A DNA stretch of 64,000 bases, from positions 9,600,722 through 9,664,721 of the forward strand of contig OZ037766.1 in assembly GCA_964035545.1 (NCBI GenBank). Direction: 5' to 3'. This DNA is from Bugula neritina (lineage: Eukaryota; Animalia; Bryozoa). The position numbers and the translations under genes were made by a program. Under the pieces are notes generated by a model. The model made no database searches. It had not been told where the DNA came from and saw only the letters and a list, made by a program, of their open reading frames with translations. Of the stretch, positions 1-13,900 are shown piece by piece; the first letter of the stretch is position 1, and the number at the start of each line of letters is the position of its first letter.

Positions 1-248
1 AAATAAATTGTGTATGTCACTGCAAAAAGTTTTTTCCTAAAGAATAGCACCTTTATAGGTTTTGGTTACATTGAAGATGAATGTTCTCTCTAGCTATTTT
101 AAAAGTTGCCTATAATAAGACAACCCAATCGGATAAATTTCTAATTTTCCTTAGCTTTTTTGTGTAAATTCATCTTTACAAAGTATAGAGAATATTGGTT
201 ACCCTCCCCCTAACATGTGGTATAACTTTGAGACTGACTGTGTTGTAG

Positions 249-1635
249 CTAAGAGAGTGTGCCACATGTGTGGAGACCAGGCAGTGTTTGAGTGTCCAGA
301 GTGTTATGAACAAGAACACACAGATCTATCTTCAGCAGCTTTCTGTCAGCCATGTTCACAAACCGTAAGTTTTAATTAATTGTCTTTTTATAACTTCTTC
401 CTCTAATTAAGTTCATATAAATGTATGTGTGAATTGCCAGTGTAATTCGAAATGCAGCAAAGCAAAGTGTTCGTATCTGGTTAAAGTTAGTTATTACCGA
501 ACTATTTTAATCAGGACTTTTAATATTCAGTTACCTGTGTTTCCGGTTTTCTGTTTTGCGTTGATTTTCCTTTAATCCCAGAGAAATTCGCACATCTTTT
601 AATATCAAGGTCGGTGGTAACTTTACTTCGGTTTTGTAGATTCACAAACACTCAAAAAGACTGAAGCATATGCCCGTAGAGTTGAAGATGGTAACACAGC
701 TGGGAGATGAAGAGAGTTCTATACTAATACTGAAGGGTATACTGTCTGTACACGGCAGCAACTACACTACTCTGTCTCAGCCACCCAGGACATCTAGGAA
801 TTCACTTCACAACTCCACTCTTCCGAACTGGCTCTCTTTCAACCCAAGAGCTGCTACTAATGGTACAATATATACTCTTTATATCTATACTCTGTAGGAG
901 CGAATAGTCTTATATCTTGTTTGAACTACAAGAACTTTAGTAATTATGTTGTTGAATTGTTTTGGAGTTATCTTTTCAAGAGCCAAAGTTTCAGTTTTCT
1001 TTGAGTGTTGAATTACTGCTACAACTAAATGTATGTCGGCTACGTTCAACTTTTTCAGTGTTTTGGTTTTATGTGGATTTTTAATTGTTTTAAAACTTGA
1101 ATTTTGGGTTGGAGCATTTAAGCTGTCTATGATTACTTTTCCCAGGCCTCAGAATTATAAAGTTGTGCTGAAAAAGAGATTATATTTTAGCTCAAAATAA
1201 ATTTTCTACTTTTTGTGTATTGTCTACTAATAACTCTTAAATCAACAGCCATTTCTCAAACTTTTTTCTAGTAATCTTGTAATCGTCCAAATATTTTAAG
1301 TTTATAATTGAAAAAGTTCCTACCTTTTTATCAACCTTATAAATTCCTAAATCCAATCTCAAGTATGTTTAACCTGTATATATTTTGCAATTGTAATAAA
1401 TTAGATAGATGTCAATTTTCTCCCTTAACATTAAATGCTATGTTCTGAATATTTTATAGATTTCACTGGAACAGAGTCTGTATCTCACATACCAGAAGTC
1501 ATGCTAGTGGAGTCGGTGCCCAACTGGTTGTCTATGGATGCATATGATTGCATGGCTAAAGACATCAACACTATACCAGACAATATTAGACAGTTACTTC
1601 ATAGCTGCTGCATGTGTGTATATAGCAAGTCATGA
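249..1635 (+). CDS. CYLD: 3' part of CYLD-like USP deubiquitinase (B-box plus C-terminal USP lobe); exons 249-364, 640-862, 1460-1635; 5' part lies outside the window
   Basis: GT-AG phase-consistent exons give KRVCHMCGDQAVFECPECY...FCQPCSQTIHKHSKRLKH (CYLD B-box insert), LKGILSVHGSNY, WLSFNP, HIPEV and RQLLHSCCMCVYSKS*. These are colinear with the CYLD C-terminus (LFAVLCIETSHY, WLFFDS, NIPQV, RRLLCDAYMCMYQS). Confidence 0.75.
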
Positions 1636-4029
1636 GTTGAGCATGCAACTTTATTCAGAGCCTATCCATGAGATTTGATTGAGGCATAATAGAAGCAATT
1701 TTCTAGTTTTTGTTGGGGTGAAACAGATTTTGTCACTGAAAGTTCAGTATTATTTACTTGATTGTTTACACATAATTAAAAAGATTATTTCGTTGAAATT
1801 GTCATGATTTATACACTGTATGCTATAATAGCAACTTAGAAGTAATGAAGAATCTCAGAAAATTCATTTTTCAATTATCAGTCATATTATGACTGATACT
1901 TTCAAAGTTTCTGCATGACAGATTGCATACACAACTGCTATATTGAAGTTAGTACACTCTATGCAGCTTGTGGATAGACTTTTTATATACTTATGTATAT
2001 TACATGTAATCTCAAATTGATATTAAAATGCATTCAAATCATGCACCTCAAATATATCAATATTTATAAATGATACAGTACACAGTATTTCTATTATGTA
2101 ATCTAGCTGCAAGAATTAATTGGCTGTAAAAATGTATGTGTCAAAGCATTTACTTACAGTAACCTTAGCATTGTACATACAAATAGCTCTCTGATCATAT
2201 TCTTGTAGAGATAACAAACCGATCTAGATATTCGCTTTAAGTTCTATATTTTAATTAGTTGTTTTACTAAATTACAGCATACATTATATATTTATAGTAA
2301 TATTACACCCACCCTCACTGATATTTTTCCACTTCTTGTCATTTTGATTTATTTTTTGTTTTGTTGACTGGTTTACTTGCAGGCAAAGCTTTTTCTGTGA
2401 TATTACCAAATACAATCATTTGCCAAAGCTCTAATGCTCTGTCTTTTGGCTGTATATAACAATACATCCTGATTAGATTGTTTAACTGATGAGATAACAT
2501 TTTCAACCATACCGGGCCCTATTCCACCTTTTTATTGCTCTGTTGTGAAAAAGGTTTCTATACTAATTTCTACTCTCTCATGTATTTGATATGTACACTA
2601 ACAAAATAGCCCAACACCCTTACAAGTCCGACCAGATTTTTGTGCAGAACTATGTGTTTTATGATGAAGCTTTTTTGAAAGTGATAATTTAGCTTTTTGT
2701 TTCTTCTAGTAAGTTATGCTTTTAATTACTTCATGACTGTAGTTCACATTTGTCAAGTTAAGTCATAGAACTGGTGCAACATATAAAAACAGTTGTCTTG
2801 GCTCAATTCTATGAAATGTTAATGAAAAACATTTTAAAAACTGCAATATTTGCAATTTGTGAAACAACTTGACCATTTGTTTTGGAGTTGGCCCAATTTT
2901 AATGATTTATGCATTAATTTTGCTAATGAGTATAACATGAAAGACCAAAGTATCAAAATTTCTGATAGAAAATTACACCTAAGTGAATATCCCACAAATA
3001 CAGTCGACGAAATTTGCAGCAGTTTGAGATGAGCTGACTAGCTAAATTTTGGTAAATCAAATTTAAAATAATTCACGAATATTATTTTTAAGAGATGAAG
3101 GCAAACCCTGACTTTACCGTCACGCCTCAAACATGCCATATATGCTTTTATGCAGATACTATAGCAGACTTGCTAGCTGTGGGTGGTACTATCGTTGTAC
3201 ATATGAATGGATTCGAGGTGGAAAAAACTTTACTGCTGGCTGGTGTTTATGTTGCTTTTCTAGTGATATCATTGAATTATTTGAAACAGTCTAAAAGAAT
3301 TGAATTCTAAAAAGCACATAACATAACAAACCTACATGGGAAGAAATATTCACATGACAAAAACTTGTTTATGTAATGATGGCCTTACATGAAAGCAGTA
3401 ATAAAGTTGTATTCGAAGCTATTGATTGACAGGGGTAGCAACCATATCTATGTATGAGTCAAAGCATGCAGTGTTAGTATTGATATGTTATCACAGTTCA
3501 CAAGTTATAAAGGCTATAAAATATAAACTATCACTAACTATTTTTGAGAGGCGGGTTTTCATGGAAGAGCAGTTTAGATTACAATATCAATGTTTGCTGT
3601 TGTATAGAAAGCAATGGGTACAGCCGATAGACAGTATACAACTAAAGTGTTAGATCACATGAAGTGATAATCCTAAGCCTGCAGCCTACCTTCATTGAGT
3701 AGATAACTTCTTGAACGGTTTGAGTTTTAAATCCTGTCTAGCTTTTAGCGTTTTAATAAAAATAATGATAATACAGATAAAACATAGTAGTGAGATGTAG
3801 AAAACTGCTACTGCTAGCAATTTAATAAATCATCATCAAAGTACAAAATTTAGACCTAGATATCAAACAACCTACATGACAACTGATACAACAAATACAC
3901 ACCTATAAATAATGTAAATAAACTGGCACAGTTTGTAAAGAAATAGTTTTTAAGTTATCTAAAATTGCGAAGTACCTTTTACTTCATATTACCTAGCAAA
4001 AAGTTATTGAATAATATAACCAGTTACAG

Positions 4030-4030
<1 letters not shown>

Positions 4031-4113
<83 letters not shown>
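4031..4113. repeat. (TA)n microsatellite
   Basis: Perfect TA dinucleotide run. Confidence 0.98.
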
Positions 4114-4116
<3 letters not shown>

Positions 4117-4968
4117 GCAAAAAAAACAGGTTTTGTTTTAGTTTATGGTCTTATCAAGTTATATCATGTTTATCAGCAACTCCATGCAATAAAATTGCAA
4201 TTAGATATATAGTTAATGACAACTTTGCATCTCACTATATTACTATGACCTAGACTATTTATAAAACAAACAACTCAGCCCTATATAGTGTATAGGTCTG
4301 CTTCAACCTAGCTGTTCCATAGTATACAGTTAAGTAGAATGCACTCATATAGCAATTCTTATGATACTTAGCATAAATTCATTGAAGTTGTGAAACGAGA
4401 TTAATTTGAAGGTTTCAGTTGTTAAATAAATATGTCAATTTTCTCAGGTTATATTAGTCACAGAGATCTAGATGTTTTGTGGAAATCTCATGAGTTGTTT
4501 GCAGACAAGTTAGTACTGTGATAGCGGTTGCCAAAAATTTGATGGCATATTATAGCACAAGTAATGTAAAACTATACTATATAGAGTGTATGTTTCAACA
4601 CTGCAACCTATCTACAAGGAGTAGCTTATATATTACAGCATACATAGTGCAAACATTTGAATGTTCTCTATGTTATAAAAATGAGTCATGCTAGAAGCTC
4701 TGCCAGTTGAAAGCATTTTATTCAAACAATAAAGTAAAACACATTATTCATAACAAGTGCATTATTGTGATGTTACGGCAACAAAATAACATACATGCCA
4801 TTAAAGGATTGGTCTAAAATAGCACACAAACACACACGCAGACACACAGACAGACACAGAAATCTGTAAAAAATAAAAGTTGATAAATTTCAACTTAAAA
4901 TAATGCTTAATACTCAATATTTGATTTAACTTGGCTGTTTGTAAACTAAAAACATTGGTTTGTTTTGT

Positions 4969-5739
4969 TTAGTAGATTAGTTTAGGAGTCAGCTTTGTGT
5001 TTTCTGCGGACATGGGGTAGACAACTGGAGATTTGCTACGTAAAGGAGAGCAAAACAATAAGCCATGTTTGTAGTCTCGTTTAACTCCACAAAATTCATG
5101 CCGGCAAGAATATAGAAATAAAAATATCATGACTGCTTCAAGTACTACTGAAACAGCCAGTGTTGTGATGGAGTATTCAATTTTAAATAAGTTCTTGCAC
5201 TGACGTAAATCAATGTCACCATCTTTGTATTGGTCAAGATAGCAGTCCACGCCAAGGTGGATGGGATACACCATCACTATGGCTATCACCATAGACACTA
5301 GGCCAGTAATTAAACGCAGCCACTCTCTACACGGGTCATACCCAGCCTCTGGGTCATAGTTCAGGGACTGGAAGTAAACCGACTGATCTTCGCCAAAAGT
5401 AATTGATTGAGCTGACGCAGAGTTTTCGTGCCTTAGTTGTGATTCTTCATCCCGTGATGCAGTTTGTGGGCTCATCACTTCCTGTGGTATCAGTTGCTCT
5501 TCCACTGACTCTATGGGCTGTGACGTCTCATTTTGGTGAGTCACAGGCTCGGAATGTATCACTTCTGGTGAATTCGGTTGCTCCGTAATTATCTCTTGCA
5601 GAGGCTCAGGAGGTTCAACATCTGGTGACTGTTCCGGTAGAAGTTTTTGTTGTGATCTTACAGAGCTTGTAGATGCTGTCGGAGGGCGGTCTTCAGATGC
5701 TATGATTGCTTGTTGTGCTTCTAACTCAACAACTTCCAT
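4969..5739 (-). CDS. Orphan 256-aa protein: acidic/Pro/Gln disordered N-terminus, two predicted TM helices, Cys-rich juxtamembrane tail
   Basis: Long ORF in AT-rich DNA with hydrophobic segments LITGLVSMVIAIVMVYPI and ITTLAVSVVLEAVMIFLFLY. A 5'UTR intron is plausible (acceptor at 5766-5767, GTGAGT donor at 5884-5889). Confidence 0.75.
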   Translation of the reverse strand: MEVVELEAQQAIIASEDRPPTASTSSVRSQQKLLPEQSPDVEPPEPLQEIITEQPNSPEVIHSEPVTHQNETSQPIESVEEQLIPQEVMSPQTASRDEESQLRHENSASAQSITFGEDQSVYFQSLNYDPEAGYDPCREWLRLITGLVSMVIAIVMVYPIHLGVDCYLDQYKDGDIDLRQCKNLFKIEYSITTLAVSVVLEAVMIFLFLYSCRHEFCGVKRDYKHGLLFCSPLRSKSPVVYPMSAENTKLTPKLIY

Positions 5740-7953
5740 GATGTCGATTTATGTTTTACTGATTCCTATAAAATACATGAATATGTGAAATATTATGCTT
5801 TTTAACTACTGAAAAACACCAAGTATATAAACTGCTATATATGTACGATAGTTTAGCAATAGAATGATTTGAACTGTAAAGGAACTCACCAAGAATCTTC
5901 AGCTGTGTAGCTTTTCATTAGTCTTCTAATTTTCCTTCCCTATACAATCTCATCAAGCAAACTGTAAATATAAGACTGTCACTGTAATAAGATAAGCTGT
6001 TGTAAGCAAGGACACTTAGACAACAACTAGTCCACTAACTATAGTGTGCTAATAGTTCACTTTTGCTATCTTACATCCACCAATTAGCGATAAATGTATG
6101 CTAAATAATATACCTACGGTTAGAAGCCTACATTAATCAATATCTTGAGTTTATAAACAAACAAAGTGGCAACAAATGTAAAACATTATTGATTGCTATT
6201 AATTTTATTTAATTTAGCAAATAGTTTGGATTATAATTTGTTATGTGCTACTATTTAGCTCTATAGTTAGAGTAGTTAAAACAATACTTTTAGCAATGCA
6301 ATGCTATGCTACACAAAGCCGTCTATATTATATTTGCAAATTCATAAAACCTAGCAATATAATGAAATTACAGCACATATAACATGTGTGTAGCTCTTTA
6401 AAGCAGTTCATGATGAAATTTAATTAGAAGAAACCATTTTATTATAAGCTAAAAACAAGTATTCAATTTCAATCACAAGATTCTAGTCTACATACAAACT
6501 TACTATCACCATGTAGATGTCACCTTGTTGAATACAAGCATTATGTTACATTGTAAAACAAATTACTTGAATTAACAATATTAAATCAATAAGCAGACTG
6601 TCCAAGCTGTATAGGGTCTTCACTAGAATACTTGCAGTGTATCTTAAAATCAATATATTAGCAGTGTGTACCTAGGCAATGTCAAAACAGATTAATGTTG
6701 TCAATATCCTGTGTGCTTCCCAATATAGTGCCATGTACATCTGGCCTATAATTGCTTTTTACTCATTGTTTTTGGAGAATCACCTTTAGTGCAAAAATTT
6801 CAGTGCAAAATGCTGGCCTCCATGTAAAAGTACAAACTTGTTTGATGTTTCTGAAACCGATTTATACCAGTTTAGACACATTCTGTCCTGAATTAATGTT
6901 TATAACTAAAATTATGTCACAAAAACCTTAACTCTGCTCCAAAAATAACATTTTTGCTAGTAATGTAGATCGATGATAATAATTATAAATGGGCCAATAG
7001 CATAAAGCAATTATTTAGCATTCAACCAATAGTATTAGAACAGATATAAATACCAAAAAACTTGACTCATAGCAAAAGGCTAAAAAATAGCATAATTCTT
7101 GTTTCAAATTCTTCATATTCTACTCTGCAGCCAACTTGTTTTCAGTAGCAAGAGCTTTAGTTATTACTAAGCAGCATTTATTTTAGCTTTTATTTGAGTT
7201 TCTGTTAGTTTCCCAGCACATTTGCTGTATTATTATGTTCTGATATACCATTGCTACCAGCCCACCTGCACCAAACCTAAACTGCGATTACTAAACATGA
7301 CTGTTAGCATACATACTGTAGTTGGTGTCTACATGAATGTACATCATCATAATTATTTAATTATTTATGGTTTTAAAAGGTCAGCTAAAATTTTATGTCT
7401 ACTTCATGTTCTATAATAAATTTTATAACATCTGTAATAACAATATGTAGAACTGCAAATGTCTATTAGGCGAGCATCTTTTAAAAGCAGGAAATTACTG
7501 GCACTACTTTCTTTGTAATCAAACTGTGATAAATTGTAGACAAATTATTGCACATATTTCATGTATTAATTAATGAAGATCAATTCAAGGCAAAATAAGT
7601 TATGGACTCAAATAAAAATATAACTCGTGTATTGTTGAATATATTGCTTGGCTGATTTATACATGAAGATAGAAATTAACATTTAATTAACAATTATGTT
7701 TTGAATAAAAAGAGTTGAACATATCAATATAAATACAATGAGCACCAATCAATTGAGCTCAATCCTGGCTAAACATGGGCCGAAGAAACCTATGTTTGAG
7801 TTCAACTCCAATCATTATATCAACTTGAAAAATTACTCTACAAGAATGCACATGTATTCGAATCTCTAAAAAGTCCATTTTTTACAGTCGTGTAGTAATT
7901 TTGTGACATCTTACACTTTAATACAATTTCAGTGACGGCAGTTGATTTGTCCC

Positions 7954-10900
7954 TCAGTCTGCTGCTGCGTAATCCACAGGCTAAAATAAATATATTAGTA
8001 GATGATAAAAATTAGCCCCAGTTACTGTGATATTACTAGATTAGTAATCAGTGTAACAGCTTAAATTGAATGCATATTGGAGTTACCTAATCATCGAACA
8101 GTGAGGCAGTCTGAGAAATGTGTTGAGGTTTGCATATAAAAAAATTAAAGACGTTTGATGAGTGGAAACTCATTTACTAGTAAACAATACTTTGGAAAAT
8201 AGGTTTGCACTTACCATTACATATACATTTTGAGGAATAACTTACCAGTACACATACACTTCGAGGAATAACTCACCATTACATATACACTTTGAGGAAT
8301 AACTCACCATTACATATACACTTTGAGGAATGAGTTTGTTGATTGTGTCACTCATATTAGAATTTTTCATCATTTGCAGCTTGAATGGTGGAAGTGACAG
8401 ATTGCCTGAGCTCAAAGGGTAGATTGTATAGCTGATGGAATGAGATGCGTGGGGTAATGTTCGAAAGTGGAGCTGAAAGAAAAAGAAAAAGTAGCTGCGT
8501 CCCAGGGGTGCTTCACTTTGTTACTTTAACAGCAAGCAGATGCACTGGCAACATAATGTTTTACTATTTGTTAATGACTTGAATAACCTTCCCAGAAAGA
8601 TTCCAAATGCCAGTTACACAGCAGCTGTTATGTTTACTAGTGACGGCACCATTTATCTACACTGCAATTGATTATAAGTATTCTACTGATGAGATAGATC
8701 ATTTTTCAGCTGATCTTAGCCTGGAAGTTATATGCAGAAACTAGTATAGAGAGAGGAGCTACTGCTACAATATGTTAGTTAGAAATTAATTCATCAACTG
8801 TGGAATGAGATTCCATAACTTAGCAACAAAAGTATGCACCTTTCCATAACCCTAGTATTAGTTGAAAGAATAGAAATGAAGTAACCCAACAGTTACAAAA
8901 TGTGTCTGATAACTGGGGACCACAGTTAGATTATCTGCACATGACTGGGGTGGGAAATAAAATATTAAATGCCGTAACCACAATAATATTTCGGTGCACG
9001 TGAGTGAGTCAGCTCTCACTGATTCTAAAATGGATAACTTTGCAACTTTTCTTTGATAGGTTCAACAATGTTTTAGAAATTGTCCTCCACAGATTGATAT
9101 ATTGGAATAACGGCCCACAGTACAAGAATGTGGTAAGGAGTAATTACCTGCTTATGTCCGCTGAAAGCAAATGAGTCACAGCTGTCCATGCTAGCCTCAA
9201 ACTCCTGCACATAGCTTGTCTTATTGTACAGAGTGTAGACTATTTGTAGAGGTTTATAAACCACACCATAGGCTGGTAAATCGCACTCAATATACAAAGG
9301 TTGGTGCTCAACTGTGAGAGCAGGTAAACTAACTGTTGTTTCTACTAGGCCAGCTTTATCATCGCTCTCTTGTCTGAATAATACAACATAATTCTTACAA
9401 TTCGTACCATTACTATTATATAGCAAAGTAATGATATTCAAATTAAGATGGCTATACAGTACTACCAGAAAATAGGCGACATAACTCTTTAATTTTTAAT
9501 TTCGGTAAACACCACTACAAGAACAAAACGGAACAAATCCAGCACATGTTGAAATCACACACCTTCTCCATGCTATCTTATATTCGCCGGGTATGATGTC
9601 TTTATTGGAAGGTTCTGGAATGACAAGACACTGAAACTCAGTAGCTTCTTCCTCACTACCCAGAACTAGGTCAGCTATCTGAGCAATGGTCTGATTGGAG
9701 TCAGCTGGAACGTGACTGGACTGTGAGAAAACCATATAGTGTTTCAGTGACTTGGTGACTAATGTTAAACATGTGCTACATATAAGAATATGAGAATATA
9801 AGCTTTAAAACACACATTGGGCTTAAAGGTTCCATCACAACAGCAACTCCACGTGGCAGCAGTTGATTACACCAGACGGAACATATTAAACTTAGTTTGC
9901 AAGCCTTGATTATTGACATCTATTCAGATGACTTAATTTGAACATGACTTGTAATTGATTTCCTCTACAAACCAAATGAAACATGATTTGACATGACTTT
10001 TAGCCATTGACTTGATTTTACTTGACCTTAGACTGAAATAACAGTATTTTCTAACTTTTTCCACAGCTAAAATGGTGAAAGGCAAAACTAAACATATATT
10101 TCGTCTGCTATTCTGTCAATTAACAACAAAGGCCGGCAGCCCAAATATATTTTGTCATAAATAACATTGAACTAGAGGTTAGTTAATAACTACAGATGTG
10201 TGCCTAGTTACAGGTTATGCGAGGACAAGAAAAGCATAGCATTTATGATAAACTGCATAAATATACCCACCAGCAGCAGTTGTGCATTTTGTATAAATAG
10301 TGGATACTCAGATATATTGCAAATGTTGAACTGTAGCAGAAATGGTTCGTCGGAATTCACTGTGAGTCTGTCTTCTAACTATAAAATAACATAATATTAT
10401 AACTCGAATTTTTCCATCTGATATAAGATGATCTGATTTATTGGACCGAGTGAAATGGGAGTTGTGGCACCAGGTTAACTGCCAGATAGGGTTTACTTTT
10501 ATCAGTGTGAGATTATAGAACTATTTCCTGGCACCGAAGCAGAGAAACGGTCTCATTTGGTTGCCAATAAGTGATTCGCAACTTTAGCAGTTTCAGCAAA
10601 AGCCACAAAACTTAAAGGTCAACAGGTTCAAGGTGCAAAAAACTACACAAACCCATCAGAACAAATAAATTGTCAAAAAAAGGAGGTCTTAACAACCAGT
10701 GAGTGATGATACATATATTTTTTTCAAGATAGGATATGCTTTTATAAGCGGTGAAAAGTTGATATGTGTAGTGCAACAACTTGGGAAAAATTAGTATATA
10801 TTATTTTATGCACAATATATTAGTTCAAGTAGGTTTGTATCGCGGCTCTGGTTATCAGAAACTGTACCAAACACCAATCTGTACTATAAAATTATATAAA

Positions 10901-13900
10901 AAAATTATCATTACCAAAATGTCCGACTAAAGTCATCTAGTCAAAGGAGCATAATATAAGCCTACTTTAGTGGACAGAAAACGAGAGGTGGTCCTGAATG
11001 GCTCCACCACCTCCAGATGCACATCTGCACTCTTATAGAACTCCTCAGTTCCTATGTTATACACAACACTAGCGGTGACGTCTACTTTGCCCACCTCTCT
11101 GCATTGCAGGTATACCTTGGTCTCCACCTAACATCAAACAACTGATGCTACAATGTTTACCGGATATTTATGTATGCACATCACATGTGTTACATATTGA
11201 GTTTTTACTCAAATGTTGGAAATATAAGTAATATGTCAGCGCACTGAATTAGAAATGATACTTTCAGAGTAAAAGATTATTGAGCTGAGTTGTATTTTAT
11301 CCAATACACAGCTCATCTGCCAACCCAAGAGAAAAAACTTCATATATTTGTCCTGCAACTTACCTGTTCCCCTTGTTTGAGTTGTTCTAGACAGAAGACA
11401 TGTGAGCCGTTGTGGGACTGCTGGGCATCATCTTGAGCTATGCTCAGTACCGTATTGACACTGGTGTCCTTTATAGTATAGGAGCATCTACAGTTGCACA
11501 ATAGACTTACTGTAGAACAAGCTAACATATGCTTGCATGGTTGGTGAAAATAAAAAAAATATATATATAATTCAGATTTTGACTCCAGAGTTCATTTAGC
11601 TTAAAACACAATACTAGAGTGGGCTAGGCTATACACTTTTTAAAACAAGTACAGTTTTAGTTTCCTTCAATGATCAGGTCATCTGTACTTTGTTTTACTG
11701 ATGTGGGAGATCCTTTTCTAATCTCCAACATGACTAGCTTAATCTTAACTTGGTGTTGCATAAAAAGTTATTAGATATTGCCCATTAGTGACAAGTAGAC
11801 TACGGAATATTCAAATCTGGGAATTGATGAAGCAACCCAACATTCTTTGATTAACTTAATATTTCAAGTAATTAAATGCCAATAGTTGAAATAATGACTG
11901 TTCTTACTGATTGTAAGGTAATAACTTGCTTTTAAGACAATAATCTTACTGAGTTATTTTTATAACAAGTGAAGATTCACCAAATTGCAGAATTGCCAAT
12001 CTTGAAGGTATAAATGCACATTAAAAGTGTTACGTTCTACCGCTAATACAGCTCAACAGTACTAACCTAACATTAGTTATGTCGCTGGTCTCATTGTTGA
12101 CGAGGAGCCAAGTGATTGGGAAATGTTCGTTGAGAAGACATCTAGAGTGGCACTCAGGGGTTACCTTCAGCTCAGAGGTGCGACATTGAAGACTAAAACA
12201 AATAAATATTATAGATGAATAGGACAGCCACTGGTTATTATTATGCACCACTTTGCAACCAATAAAATATTCACGCTACAAAATCATTTTTATAACTGAC
12301 CTAAAATACAAACTCCTTGCCTATTCAATACTGTCAGAGCTGGGTCCAAGCTTCATTGACTCAAATACTTGACATTTATTGATTGGATTTGGCTTAATTA
12401 ACTTGAATGCTTAATAATTTTGATTAAATTTGTGTAATCTTTTAATAGGCATTATACCAGAGTATATATGGTATGCCTAATGAAATTACCAACTTAGGTA
12501 TACGCTATTTGATTACTGTAATTTAGAAACTAGTTGTAGATGTAATTGTATGTTATTTAACACCACACCAGAGCCTTTATATTCTGCTGTGTCTTGCATA
12601 AATTACAATGTTTACAATGTGGTATTGAATAGGGTATTGATGCAACAGTGTCTGTAATCACAACATAGCAGCTTAATGAATAGCTGTCAGAAAATGTTAG
12701 CATAGGTGTTCATCTCTTAGTCAATAATTATAGGTTAGTGAAACCAGCAGATTCACCTGACGTGGTTGTTGACAGGAAGTACGTCCCATGAAGGCATGGT
12801 GTCAGCATCACGCAATGACAGAAGATCGGCAGCTCCACAATTGGCTACTGAAGAAGCTCCAACTTTAAAGTTCAACGTTACGGTTATTGCAGAGACAAAC
12901 TTTAAATGGATGTTTGTTACCTGAAACAATTATCAAATGAATTTGAATGATAGAACAAAAGCACAATAATTTCTGTTGTTGGAAACATGAAGATTCTAAA
13001 AGACAACAACCAGTTTTCTTAGTAGAGAATACTGCAGCTACTGTAACTGTAAGCCTTCGTGACAAAGTAAAGTCAAGAAATATAAGTTTGAGCAATTACT
13101 TGTGAAACAGTTTTTATGCATTGATTTTCATTTGAGACTTCTAGTCTAATTTCAACAAAAATATAACATATGCCACTAGATATGGTGATACTCAAACATT
13201 TCTTATAAGCAGTCTACTCACCTGCAAAGATTTGTTCATGTCTTTCATGTTTGGTTGTAAAGTGAAAATAAAAGATTTGGTTTCATTGGGCAGGAAGAAC
13301 AAATCTCTAGAGCTAAGCTCTTCCTGCTCCATTGCAGTTCTTAAGTCCCCTTCGTCCTTCACCACACACTGGGCATCATATCTCTGAATAGACATACCAT
13401 TATAATTATGTTACTTGCTTCACAATGTGTAATACTTCATGATATAATAGTAATCGTGTAGGCATCTAGTATGTAAGAAACATAGGCTTAGAATCTGCTC
13501 CTGCTTGCAACTAGATTATTAATATGGATATCACAAAATATTTTATCAAACTATTTACATAACATCTCACTTTATTGCACTCTAACAAGTTACCAAATGA
13601 GTCATTTTACTTTATTTAGTACACATCAGCAAGTTAGGACCAAACATTAAAGTTGGCTCAAAATTCATGAGACTTAACTATATGGGGCACTTTCATGTGC
13701 TAATTCCAAATTTGTATAGCAAAAATACTGGGAAGGGGTCCTGTAACATTAAAGCGCAACGTCATTGTCATGTATACTCTATTTTAAACCATAGCTCTCC
13801 TACCCAAAATTGTATGATATAAATATAGTAACAAAAACAGGCTACAATGTGTAAAGAAGACAACTTACGGCATCATTGAACATAATTCTGAGCTCTGAAA

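Noticed and set aside
2850-3653. Short ORFs downstream of the CYLD-like stop
   Set aside because: No recognisable motifs or splice-consistent continuation; likely UTR or intergenic.
8209-8331. 31-bp repeats as a CRISPR array
   Set aside because: Units are directly tandem with no unique spacers, derive from an exon-intron boundary, and the context is eukaryotic with no cas genes.
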